From IMG/VR virus record IMGVR_UViG_3300031840_000546: DNA of 57,186 nt; one strand, 5' to 3'. Each line of letters begins with the position of its first letter. The first letter of the stretch is position 1. Shown here piece by piece: positions 28,201 to 36,854 of this stretch. Under the pieces are notes generated by a model. It ran no database searches. It saw only the letters and a list, made by a program, of their open reading frames with translations, and was not told the DNA's origin. Made by a program: the position numbers and the translations under genes. Source of the stretch: an uncultured virus (IMG/VR IMGVR_UViG_3300031840_000546). Lineage: Duplodnaviria; Heunggongvirae; Uroviricota; Caudoviricetes.

Positions 28201-28988
28201 CTAAACATCGCCATAGTACGACCAATCTCGGTCTGCTTGTCTCCACGCTTACGTCCCTTGACAATATTAACAATTTGTTGAGTTCCCAGTTTATCGTAAG
28301 GCGTCACTTTCACACGATTGTCTGACTTTTTCTTATGAGTCTGCAAACCAATTTCGACATTCCTCATATTTGTAACGTCGGTTTCCGTATCGATCAACTG
28401 GAGAATTTTACGCAACTCCTTACTCGACGCAGAATACTTCTTTGCACCAGTAATTTCACCATAATCACCCACGACAATACGAACCCAACCTTTTTCTATA
28501 ACCAAAGACTCAACCATTATGGAAACATCTTGCTGTCCACTCTTGAGACTCTCTAACTCTTTTGTGGCAGCAGCGTCCGCAAATGTTTCATCAGGAGCAT
28601 TGTTAGCAAGTGCCTCCTTCGTAAGAACATCATGGATATCCGATTCCTTTATACCATAATACTTCGGATCTTGTACGATCATTTGAACGTGGTATGGTTG
28701 CATTCTTGTATGTAATCTGACTTTACCAGACCGTGGGTTTATCCATCCTTTATAAACAGCCTGATTGTATTCTAAGATTGCAGACTTCAGAGTGTTTGCG
28801 ATGATATTCGCTTTGTTGATATTCGATGGGTCACTAAAGAATGTTTCTATTGCAGGAACAGACAACAACGCAAGCATCAGTTTTTCTCCTGATGAGTTTG
28901 CGTGCTTACGAACAACGCGAACGACTGCGTTGTTTTTCGCTAAGTCTTTAATCTTTGACTCGAATAGAAACTGCTTGAAAGATTTCAT
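28197..28988 (-). CDS. Hypothetical protein with capsid-targeting N-terminus
   Basis: Starts MKSFKQFLFE. Confidence 0.7.
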   Translation of the reverse strand: MKSFKQFLFESKIKDLAKNNAVVRVVRKHANSSGEKLMLALLSVPAIETFFSDPSNINKANIIANTLKSAILEYNQAVYKGWINPRSGKVRLHTRMQPYHVQMIVQDPKYYGIKESDIHDVLTKEALANNAPDETFADAAATKELESLKSGQQDVSIMVESLVIEKGWVRIVVGDYGEITGAKKYSASSKELRKILQLIDTETDVTNMRNVEIGLQTHKKKSDNRVKVTPYDKLGTQQIVNIVKGRKRGDKQTEIGRTMAMFR

Positions 28989-29315
28989 TTAGCAATCCCA
29001 TTTACGAAGTGCGAGCGCCTTTCGTGTTGGTTTACCAGTCTTGGGATCTTTCATAGGTCCAGGCATACCACTCATTCTAGCACAGAATGACTTACGACGT
29101 TTCGCTGCTTTACCGTCAGGATTCTTCTTTGCGGTCTTTGCGGACACAGGAGCCTTCAAGTCACTGCCTGGGTTCTCTCGTTCGTATGATCTACGACCCT
29201 TAGCATTCAAACCACCAGACGGACTCTTACCAGCCTTACGCGCCCATGCAGGAGACTTCTTCTCATCCATCTCACCACAACCACAGTTTTCTAAGAAACT
29301 CTTGAAGGACTTCAT
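28989..29315 (-). CDS. Basic conserved phage protein (DUF6321-like) with capsid-targeting N-terminus
   Basis: MKSFKSFLE; KSPAW.RK.GK.PSGGLNAKGR.SY..ENPGSDLK.P...RRKSFCARM.G...ALRKWDC. Confidence 0.75.
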   Translation of the reverse strand: MKSFKSFLENCGCGEMDEKKSPAWARKAGKSPSGGLNAKGRRSYERENPGSDLKAPVSAKTAKKNPDGKAAKRRKSFCARMSGMPGPMKDPKTGKPTRKALALRKWDC

Positions 29316-29791
29316 GCTTTTCTCCAAGTACCACCCATTGATTTATATTTTTTAGATGCCCATGCGTTAGCATATGCGGATGGATACACATCGAACTTGG
29401 CTCTCGCTGCTGCTTTCGCTGCTGCCCACTTCTTAGGGTCATTTGGTTTATTCTTTTCGCTTACGAATTGCTTGAAAGATTTCATGGTGGTCCCTTCGTT
29501 CTTTTGTTTGGTTTTCTTTTTCATACTATTTATGAATTTACGATATACGGCTGCTTCTGATGTCTTACCCATCACTCTCGCACGTTGCTCCATAGCAATT
29601 GCAGCCTGTATTTGGTGTGCGTGTGATCTACCTGAATTACGAATCTTTGATACTGATGCTTGTGCGGTAGCAACATCTTTGAATCCAAGACCGTGTATCG
29701 TACCCTTTGGATCTTCATCAGTGTAAAGATCAGAGTGCTTCTTAGACTTTGCTGGTTGTCCCTTCTTACGGGGTATACGAGGATTTGTCAC
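29312..29791 (-). CDS. Basic two-module phage protein with an internal capsid-targeting sequence
   Basis: PRIPRKKGQP..SKKHSDLYTDE.PKGTIHGLGF module plus MKSFKQFVSE...KFDVYPSAYANAW..K.YK..GG.W module. Confidence 0.75.
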   Translation of the reverse strand: MTNPRIPRKKGQPAKSKKHSDLYTDEDPKGTIHGLGFKDVATAQASVSKIRNSGRSHAHQIQAAIAMEQRARVMGKTSEAAVYRKFINSMKKKTKQKNEGTTMKSFKQFVSEKNKPNDPKKWAAAKAAARAKFDVYPSAYANAWASKKYKSMGGTWRKA

Positions 29792-30257
29792 GACGTTCTC
29801 TCACTCTATCGATATAGGTATTAACGCTTTCGCTCTTCTTAATGCGATTCGATACGTTGATTGGTTTGTTACCAGTGCCTGGTCTATCGACTTGTGGATC
29901 TTGTGCTTTCTTACGACGAACAGCGTTTGCGATTGCTTTCTTACCACCCTGCGCACGAAGTTTTGCTGCTTTCGCTTTTGACAAACACTTTGGTTTACCT
30001 TCGCTCTCTTTACCATCACCACACTTACCAATTCTTTCTCCCTTGGTGTTGTAGCGATCCCAACCACCACCACCTGCACCACCTTTACCACCAGACCCGA
30101 ACCACTTACCGAGTCCTGAGTCTGCATAGACTTTTTCGTTTACATCTTCTCTCTTCTTACGACCTGCACAATGAGCCTTCTGTGAGAAACCCTTGGGGTT
30201 GCTACAGTCAATCGACTTTTTATATTTGTCTGTCCATGCATCGATGATGTGCTTCAT
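29766..30257 (-). CDS. Basic two-module phage protein
   Basis: WT.KYKKSIDC.NPKGFSQKAHCAGRKK and GL.KWF...GGWDR...KCG....GKPKCL modules joined by EDVNE. Confidence 0.75.
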   Translation of the reverse strand: MKHIIDAWTDKYKKSIDCSNPKGFSQKAHCAGRKKREDVNEKVYADSGLGKWFGSGGKGGAGGGGWDRYNTKGERIGKCGDGKESEGKPKCLSKAKAAKLRAQGGKKAIANAVRRKKAQDPQVDRPGTGNKPINVSNRIKKSESVNTYIDRVRERRDKSSYTP

Positions 30258-30279
30258 GTTTACTCCTGAAATTATATAT

Positions 30280-30396
30280 CTACACCTGCCATTTTCTGGT
30301 CTTATTCGTTCTCGGTTTCAACTTCTTTACAGAAGATCCGATCTTTTTTGGTTTGTGACTAGAAACTATTCTACGGGGTGTAAATATTTTTTTCAT
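30280..30396 (-). CDS. 38-aa basic peptide (not in ORF track)
   Basis: MKKIFTPRRIVSSHKPKKIGSSVKKLKPRTNKTRKWQV; SD AGGAG. Confidence 0.5.
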   Translation of the reverse strand: MKKIFTPRRIVSSHKPKKIGSSVKKLKPRTNKTRKWQV

Positions 30397-30403
30397 TGTT
30401 CTC

Positions 30404-30769
30404 CTATGATCGTGTGATGTTAATTAACTTTTGCATTTGCAATTCGCACTGAGTCTTTCTCTGTGATCCAGGCCAGTGCAAGTAGTCTTTACCACTATTT
30501 TTCTTGAGATTGACAAGCAGGGGTAATATTAATTTTTCAATCTCACTCATTTTTGCTTTAAGCAGATCATCATATTGTGCCTTCACTTGCAACGCACCAT
30601 CACAAGTGGAGTTGATCTCTAGTATTTGATCGAGTTTATCTTTCAGTTCTTGAACCTCGTCGCTAGTGATGGTATCACCACTCAAGAGATCATTCAATTC
30701 GTCTGCATCAGCAGCAGTAAAACCAAAATCAAAGTCAGCATAATCCTCTGGGATTTCTTCTGTCATCAT
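30404..30769 (-). CDS. Conserved T4-like hypothetical protein
   Basis: DFDFGFTA...LILPLL.NLKKN..KDYLHWP..R motif. Confidence 0.75.
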   Translation of the reverse strand: MMTEEIPEDYADFDFGFTAADADELNDLLSGDTITSDEVQELKDKLDQILEINSTCDGALQVKAQYDDLLKAKMSEIEKLILPLLVNLKKNSGKDYLHWPGSQRKTQCELQMQKLINITRS

Positions 30770-30787
30770 AACCTCCTACTCTATATG

Positions 30788-30795
30788 TATAAATA
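30788..30795 (+). promoter_or_regulatory. T4-type late promoter
   Basis: TATAAATA upstream of the SD GGAGG of 30810. Confidence 0.7.
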
Positions 30796-30809
30796 TAGCG
30801 GAGGAAACT

Positions 30810-32102
30810 ATGGCAACAACAGGTCGAGCGGCTTATGCGAAGTATTTTAACTTCGGTAAAGAAATAGAGACTACGTTAAAAAAAGACTCTCCTAAATATC
30901 ACCCCGAAAACATGCAAAACATTGGTAATGTTAGAAAGGGTACTGCTGTTACGTTTATCAATGAAGGTGTATATCAATCAAAAGCCTTAGTTCGTAGTGA
31001 TAATGGAGTCTATCGTATCAAGTTTGATACGATGTCAAAGCCTGGTAGTGCTGCGTCCAGTAGAGTTGATCTAAAACCACAAGCGTTCGGTGTGAAAGAA
31101 AAAGAATATAGTTTTGATGATTTATATCAAACATCAATCGATACACTCGAAGAGAGGACTGACTTAACAGGACCAGTAAAAGGCTATCTCAACTTGTTAT
31201 TACAGTACCATGCAGAGGGTGAAGCGGTAACTCTCAATGAACTTTCCGAGGCTTATAAAGCAGCGGGTGTAAACGCACAAATTCAAAAAGCAATCATAAA
31301 CGATTTTGGTGAGTTACTTGGTCCTTTTGCAGTTTATCGTGATGGACTGATTGACCGAGCAACAGATAATAAAGTAAAAGTTCCGATTAATGCTAAGTCA
31401 TATTTCCCTTCACGACCGAATGAACCACTAATGGATTATGGATTGTATGTGGGGTCTGGTAAAAACAAAAAGTTATTGACCGTATCGGCAAAGGCGTTAT
31501 CAAAAACAACAAACGTGGTGAAACCACCTGACATCCTCATGCTGCTACAAAGAAAAGAAAATGGAACAGATGGAGCGATATTTAAAAAGCATAAAGGTTC
31601 TATACAATATAAGGTATTACAGAAACTCGCAGACAATAGTATTAAGAATGGTCCTATACTCGCTGCTGCTGAGTATGTAAACTCTAAATCATCATTACAG
31701 AAAAAGTATCCAGGCTTGACTGTAAGTGCTGCGGAAAACATCGCAGCAAAAGGTGACCAGTATGATGTTACTAAGTTCGCAACATTCTTTGAACATAACG
31801 AGACAATAAAGAAACGTCCTACTGCTAACTCTGGTAAAAAACCAACACACATTGAGGTGATGTATGCTTGTGAGAAAATACTCACAGCAGAGAGCAAGAA
31901 CCGAGGTCCGCTGACAATGCATGAAGTGTTTGCAGATGCTATCGCCCAGAAAGTTTACTATGTAAAGTTTACCATATCGTCCACGGGTATACCACAATGG
32001 GATATACAAATCGATAGAGATTTTAGACAGTCATCAAATGTATTCTTGCGGTCGAAGAATGGTTACACCAGAGCCTCCGACCGTATGGGTGTTCAACCCT
32101 GA
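30810..32102 (+). CDS. Putative PD-(D/E)XK restriction-endonuclease-like protein
   Basis: NDFGELLGP...YFP.RPNEPLMDY...VSAK pattern; C-terminal LRSKN. Confidence 0.5.
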   Translation: MATTGRAAYAKYFNFGKEIETTLKKDSPKYHPENMQNIGNVRKGTAVTFINEGVYQSKALVRSDNGVYRIKFDTMSKPGSAASSRVDLKPQAFGVKEKEYSFDDLYQTSIDTLEERTDLTGPVKGYLNLLLQYHAEGEAVTLNELSEAYKAAGVNAQIQKAIINDFGELLGPFAVYRDGLIDRATDNKVKVPINAKSYFPSRPNEPLMDYGLYVGSGKNKKLLTVSAKALSKTTNVVKPPDILMLLQRKENGTDGAIFKKHKGSIQYKVLQKLADNSIKNGPILAAAEYVNSKSSLQKKYPGLTVSAAENIAAKGDQYDVTKFATFFEHNETIKKRPTANSGKKPTHIEVMYACEKILTAESKNRGPLTMHEVFADAIAQKVYYVKFTISSTGIPQWDIQIDRDFRQSSNVFLRSKNGYTRASDRMGVQP

Positions 32103-32749
32103 TCCGCATGATACTTTTCGATAGCACCTAATAATGATTTCGCATAGTCTTTGGGATGACCCTCAAATACTTGTGTGATACCGTCCTCTGATGTCATGAG
32201 AATTGCAAAGTTATCAATTGGTGTCCCTGTTCGCTCCTCGAAAGCGATAGCATATGCTGTTGCTTGTAAGAAGTAACTAAAACATTGATTACGACTTTTC
32301 GCTGATGTGCTACCCTTGAAGTCAATGATGGATAACTTACCATTGTATTCTGCGATGCAGTCAACACGACCAGCGAGCATTGTAGTCTCACTCCATAGTG
32401 GTGCTTCCAACGCATGGATGTTATCGATCTTGTCGAGTTCTGGTCTAAGTTGATTAAACAACTCTAACGTAAGATCATCAACCTTTTCGCCTGTTTCGGG
32501 TGTCCACTCGTTGTCAAGGTAATGTTCGATCTTCTCATGTAAGACATTACCACGTTGACACACACGCTTGCTCTCGAATGGATTCTCTTTTCTCCACGCA
32601 GCAAAAAACTTACGCTTCTCCCAACCAACAACCGTGGTCACAGATGGTAGATCACCAATTGGTGTTCTATACTTACGACCTGTATCAGATGTCTCTGCTT
32701 CCATCGACTCGGACAAGTCCACCTTCATGTGTGTAAACACTTTACTCAT
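32093..32749 (-). CDS. Cas4/RecB-like PD-(D/E)XK exonuclease
   Basis: PSVTTV, RGN.LH..IE.YL, LE.PLWS, AGRVDCIAEY.G.LSIIDFK, YFLQ.TAYA. Confidence 0.88.
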   Translation of the reverse strand: MSKVFTHMKVDLSESMEAETSDTGRKYRTPIGDLPSVTTVVGWEKRKFFAAWRKENPFESKRVCQRGNVLHEKIEHYLDNEWTPETGEKVDDLTLELFNQLRPELDKIDNIHALEAPLWSETTMLAGRVDCIAEYNGKLSIIDFKGSTSAKSRNQCFSYFLQATAYAIAFEERTGTPIDNFAILMTSEDGITQVFEGHPKDYAKSLLGAIEKYHADQG

Positions 32750-32755
32750 AATATA

Positions 32756-32783
32756 ATCCTATCACTTAATAAATGAATTGCAA
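32756..32783 (-). promoter_or_regulatory. Sigma70-like promoter, probably leaderless transcript
   Basis: TTGCAA-16bp-TAGGAT-6bp-ATG(32749). Confidence 0.5.
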
Positions 32784-32791
32784 GTTAAAAA

Positions 32792-34504
32792 TCAATAGCC
32801 GTGCATGATGTCATCACGGTAAAAGTTCGAGAGTTTCTTCGCCACTTCTTGTCGATCAGACTTCGATACTTTCATACGCTCACCTACACTAAACTCTTTC
32901 GCGTAGGCTTTAATACCAGCGTTTACAACATTCATGAAACCTTTGATTGCAAGTTCTTCGTCATACGAACCCTTCTGAAGTTTTTTACGATAGTTCTTAA
33001 TTAATGACTGTATCATCTGTCGATTAAGATTTGAATCGTTTGTTATAAACAAGTATAACTCAGTGACCATATGAGGATCATTTGCTTCTTTCATCGTAGA
33101 TTTATTCATCGCTTTAGGAACATGGTCATATCCCATTCGACTCATTCGCATATGATCTTGACGGTTCTTTGCCACATAACGTTTTCCAGTCTTGGGGTCG
33201 TACATGTTATGTGGATATTTGACTGCTTCCTCTACGCCCTCTCTCTTACTTTTCATTGGTTGCTCAGGCATCTTGTCATTGATTTCGAGATCCACTTTTG
33301 GGAACCTCTTCAGAGCCTGTCTTGCTTTCTTTTCAAACTTGGGATGCACTCTGAATTTATTACGCTCTCGATTCATAGAACCGATAGCACGCTGACCCAT
33401 GTGTGGAATACCAGCCTTTCTCAACGCATCCCTCGCATCATCAAACTCTTTGTCGATCTTTGCGGTTGGATTCTTAGATGGATCGAATCTTCTTTCGTTC
33501 ACATCTTCATTCTTGTCAAACACACCCTTGTATGATTTATTCAAAGTACCATCGATACGAACACCCTCTTTATCAACTTTGAGTCTCTTACCGATACCTT
33601 GTGCTTTTCTCAAGTCGCCTTTTTCAACTTCCACTTTTCCTAAACTGCGATGATACTTCGCTTTGATCCCTGCCTTTTTCAATGCATCCATAAACTTTTT
33701 TGCAGCGAAATCACGATCTTGCGATGCAGCCTGTCTGTCGAGATAGTCGAAACGATCTCGACTCTCGGTGTGGACAACCTTACCACCCTTTGCTTCGACA
33801 GAAATCTTTGCACCTTTCTTGTCTGTCTTCATGAATTTGATTGCATCTTTTACATCACTGAGTTCGACGCTATTCATTTGGTCTAAGACCTTGCCCCCTT
33901 TGATGGCAACAACTGTGAAGGGGGCATCAGATTTTTTTAGGCTGCTCACCTTCTCGTCGAGTTCTTCACCATCGTGATGGTCATGATCCTCATGCATCTC
34001 GCTGATCAGAATGTCAAGTTCGTCCGTAGACACTTGCTTTTCAAGTCCATGCTCGAACATAACATCGTACCATGCGATGTTTCCTTCCGCGTCTGGTGCA
34101 GCGTGCTGCTCTCGTATACACGAACCAACACCCCACTCAGCGTGTTCGACTTTGGATGCACAATCGTGCTTACCTTTACCTGCCTTGAGCATCTTTTTTC
34201 CAAGACCACTCTGACGAGTTACACCCAGACCTCTTGAGTCAAGTTTTTGATCTTTCGCCTTTCGAGTTTGCTTCTTCTTCTGTATACGAGTAGGAGTTCT
34301 CATAAGTTTGATCGACTCGTCCAGTTTAGATTCGAATTGCGCCTTGGACTGTTCGTCACGGAATGACACTTGTAGTGTGTCCTTTGAATCTCGGACGGGT
34401 TCAATGCGTGTGATGAAAGGGTTAGCCTTGTTCGCGTTGATGAATTTGTTCATCGTTTGACGATCTTCGAACGTGACGTTAGAGTGTGGTTGATACTGGT
34501 TCAT
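32792..34504 (-). CDS. Modular protein, candidate head-internal polyprotein
   Basis: HDCA.KVEH.EWG.G.C....H..PD.EG.IAWYDVMFEHG.E module, YPH.MYDPKTG module, ELYLFI.ND..L.RQ module; Glu linkers (LDE, VNE, VEE). Confidence 0.7.
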   Translation of the reverse strand: MNQYQPHSNVTFEDRQTMNKFINANKANPFITRIEPVRDSKDTLQVSFRDEQSKAQFESKLDESIKLMRTPTRIQKKKQTRKAKDQKLDSRGLGVTRQSGLGKKMLKAGKGKHDCASKVEHAEWGVGSCIREQHAAPDAEGNIAWYDVMFEHGLEKQVSTDELDILISEMHEDHDHHDGEELDEKVSSLKKSDAPFTVVAIKGGKVLDQMNSVELSDVKDAIKFMKTDKKGAKISVEAKGGKVVHTESRDRFDYLDRQAASQDRDFAAKKFMDALKKAGIKAKYHRSLGKVEVEKGDLRKAQGIGKRLKVDKEGVRIDGTLNKSYKGVFDKNEDVNERRFDPSKNPTAKIDKEFDDARDALRKAGIPHMGQRAIGSMNRERNKFRVHPKFEKKARQALKRFPKVDLEINDKMPEQPMKSKREGVEEAVKYPHNMYDPKTGKRYVAKNRQDHMRMSRMGYDHVPKAMNKSTMKEANDPHMVTELYLFITNDSNLNRQMIQSLIKNYRKKLQKGSYDEELAIKGFMNVVNAGIKAYAKEFSVGERMKVSKSDRQEVAKKLSNFYRDDIMHGY

Positions 34505-34548
34505 GTTATCTCCTGTTTATATACATATATAGGTAAAAGGAGATTCAC

Positions 34549-34872
34549 ATGGCAGACGGCGGAAATTTCTATTCCAAGATTCGTAAACTCAACGCAGGCG
34601 ATGGTGTTGGTGCAAGGGGTGTCGATGCACACAGAGCGATCATGCTTGTACCACTTCACGCAGGTGGATCGGATGCAGTGAAAGCAGAATTCACAACATA
34701 CAATCCGATTGAGCAACGTGATGTTGGTGGTCGTTACCTTCCTTCGGGAGCAACTGGTTCGGACGTTGTTCGTATCTTTGGTGCTACCGCAAGTGAGGGT
34801 GTTCAAGTCCTGCCGATTCAGATTCGTGGATTGACCTTTAGTAACGCATTCGATGTATTCATCTTAAACTAA
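34549..34872 (+). CDS. Hypothetical (possibly structural) protein
   Basis: SD AAGGAG; GATG motif shared with fibre proteins. Confidence 0.65.
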   Translation: MADGGNFYSKIRKLNAGDGVGARGVDAHRAIMLVPLHAGGSDAVKAEFTTYNPIEQRDVGGRYLPSGATGSDVVRIFGATASEGVQVLPIQIRGLTFSNAFDVFILN

Positions 34873-34884
34873 AAGGAACCACAC

Positions 34885-36012
34885 ATGGTAGACGAAGATA
34901 AACCATGTGACTGTGGTGATTATGAAATAGATTTACAACGATGTCGTGAGGACTCGGAGGGTTGTGCAAAGAAACTCGCTGAGTGTAGAGAACGTCTTAC
35001 ATCGTTGCGTGAACAAAAGTATATGCAGTGCGAAGAGGCGCTGGAGCAACAACAAAACAAAGGTGCGAAACTTCAACAACAAATTACCAAACTCACGATT
35101 GGTGGTTCTGTCGCTGGTGCTGTTGTTGGTAAGGAAGTTCTCGACGAAGTATACAGCACGATTGCTGGTGTAGAAGAAACTATAAACTCAATTGCGCCTG
35201 GTACAATACCGCCTGGTTTCGTTCCTGCTCCACCCGATGGTACAACATCCACGGGTGCAGATGGACAATCATATCGATACGATGCATCCAAAGGTGAATG
35301 GTTTGCTGTAGGTGACTTCGGTGGTGGCGGTTTCGGTGGAGGTGGTGCTGGTGCAGGTAGTCTTGCAGGATCGCAAGCGAGAGCAAATGCAGAAGAAGAA
35401 TCAGCAAAAGATAAAGAAGAGGAAGAAGAAGAGAAAGAAAAAGAAAAGGGTAAGAAAGAGGAAGAGGAAGAGGAAGCCGAGGAGGAGGAAGAAGAAGAGG
35501 AAGAAGAGGAAGAAGAAAAAGAGGAACCCGAACCAGAAGAAGAGGACGAAGAGGACGAATCCGATGAAGAGTCCGAGGACGAAGAATCCGAATCAGAATC
35601 GCCACCTGCAACTCCACAACCAACGCAAGAGATGACGTTCGATGTGCCAGTGACCACAGACCCAGAACTCTTAGCAGAACAACTTGCACAAACCGCAGCA
35701 ATCGCAGCAGAAGATTGGATCATCGCAGAAACGCCTAACTTACTCGAAGCATTACCAGAGATACTGAACGCAAGACAACCCGATGCAGGTGAAATCATCG
35801 TGGGTGATTATCAAACAAACGATCCATTACCACCTGCTGTTATGGAAGAACCCGATGTTATAATCGAAGCAGGTATAGAGATACCCGATGTTATGGAAGA
35901 CGTATTAACGCCACTTGAACCGATTATGATTCCGTCTACAAATGTGCTTGCAACCGTGTTGGTTTACTTTGTTGTACGTCATGTATGGAACGCAAGAAAG
36001 CGTCAAAGATAA
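34885..36012 (+). CDS. Low-complexity acidic protein with poly-Glu tract and PEP-CTERM-like C-terminus
   Basis: Cys-containing coiled coil, Gly-rich linker, long E/D/S tract, IPST + hydrophobic helix + RKRQR end. Confidence 0.7.
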   Translation: MVDEDKPCDCGDYEIDLQRCREDSEGCAKKLAECRERLTSLREQKYMQCEEALEQQQNKGAKLQQQITKLTIGGSVAGAVVGKEVLDEVYSTIAGVEETINSIAPGTIPPGFVPAPPDGTTSTGADGQSYRYDASKGEWFAVGDFGGGGFGGGGAGAGSLAGSQARANAEEESAKDKEEEEEEKEKEKGKKEEEEEEAEEEEEEEEEEEEEKEEPEPEEEDEEDESDEESEDEESESESPPATPQPTQEMTFDVPVTTDPELLAEQLAQTAAIAAEDWIIAETPNLLEALPEILNARQPDAGEIIVGDYQTNDPLPPAVMEEPDVIIEAGIEIPDVMEDVLTPLEPIMIPSTNVLATVLVYFVVRHVWNARKRQR

Positions 36013-36054
36013 CGATTTTTGTAGACGAATAAACGCCATAATATAAACACATAT

Positions 36055-36087
36055 ACACCGATAGCGATACTGCCATCGGTGTTTTTT
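36055..36087 (+). terminator. Rho-independent terminator
   Basis: ACACCGAT...ATCGGTGT stem followed by a T run. Confidence 0.65.
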
Positions 36088-36192
36088 ATATTGAACGGTA
36101 TAGAGTAAGGGTATGAATGCGTGTTCAAATCAATTTATAACGCAATCGCCTAAATGATTAATTAAATAGAGTTATTCGAGGCATAACGGAGG

Positions 36193-36486
36193 TTACTGCG
36201 GTCCAAGTTTACCTGCGTTGCGATTACCTGCTTGATCGAATTGACCGTGTAAACGCTTCGGTGTGCCGTGTTTCATTTTATCCATAAGTCGTGAGAAGTC
36301 TCCGCCAGTCTTTTTGTCTGGGGTTACGTTCATATCGACACCCATTGAGGTTTCATATACACCACTACGGGACACACACTTCTTTTTGCCACACTCTGGA
36401 CATTTCATCGAGTCTCTCCGTGCAACTGAAGTTACTTCAGTGAAGTCCAAGTCACACTCACTACATCTATAATCATATAACGGCAT
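36193..36486 (-). CDS. FmdB-family zinc-ribbon protein
   Basis: MPLYDYRCSEC...CPECG. Confidence 0.85.
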   Translation of the reverse strand: MPLYDYRCSECDLDFTEVTSVARRDSMKCPECGKKKCVSRSGVYETSMGVDMNVTPDKKTGGDFSRLMDKMKHGTPKRLHGQFDQAGNRNAGKLGPQ

Positions 36487-36487
36487 T

Positions 36488-36748
36488 CTATTTCCTCTTT
36501 CTATAAGTCAAATCTCGAACTTCTGTAACGAAGCCCAGGGGAATCTTTTCAATGGTACTGATCTGTTCTTTACCTATACATCTTGCCAGAGCGATGTGAT
36601 GTTCATTCTCGTGAACGACATATCCTATACTGTGCATGGTAGGACATGGTGTCTTGGCATATTCAATCATATCGTCGAGGTCATTCCAACCGACTGTACC
36701 TTGTTCTTCAGCATCTCTCCATATCACCTCGACCAGTCTATATTCCAT
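36488..36748 (-). CDS. Conserved small phage protein
   Basis: VEV.W.DA......GW......SIGY......IP.G.V motif; late promoter TATAAATA at 36766-36773. Confidence 0.7.
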   Translation of the reverse strand: MEYRLVEVIWRDAEEQGTVGWNDLDDMIEYAKTPCPTMHSIGYVVHENEHHIALARCIGKEQISTIEKIPLGFVTEVRDLTYRKRK

Positions 36749-36797
36749 ACTCTACTCCTACCCTATATTTATAGCATAGATCAACTGCGTTGATAGC

Positions 36798-36830
36798 GAA
36801 AAACGAAAAACCCCACACTAGGTGGGGTCT
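36798..36830 (-). terminator. Terminator of the vWA gene
   Basis: ACCCCAC/GTGGGGT stem followed by T runs on the minus strand. Confidence 0.7.
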
Positions 36831-36854
36831 TCGCATGACTATATTCTTTTGGGT

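Noticed and set aside
32093..32749. Cas4-like gene as evidence of CRISPR-Cas
   Set aside because: Common stand-alone T4-like exonuclease; no repeat-spacer array or other cas genes seen in the window
35073..35798. Poly-Ser and other ORFs overlapping the poly-Glu gene
   Set aside because: Alternative-frame or antisense readings of the GAA/GAG low-complexity tract
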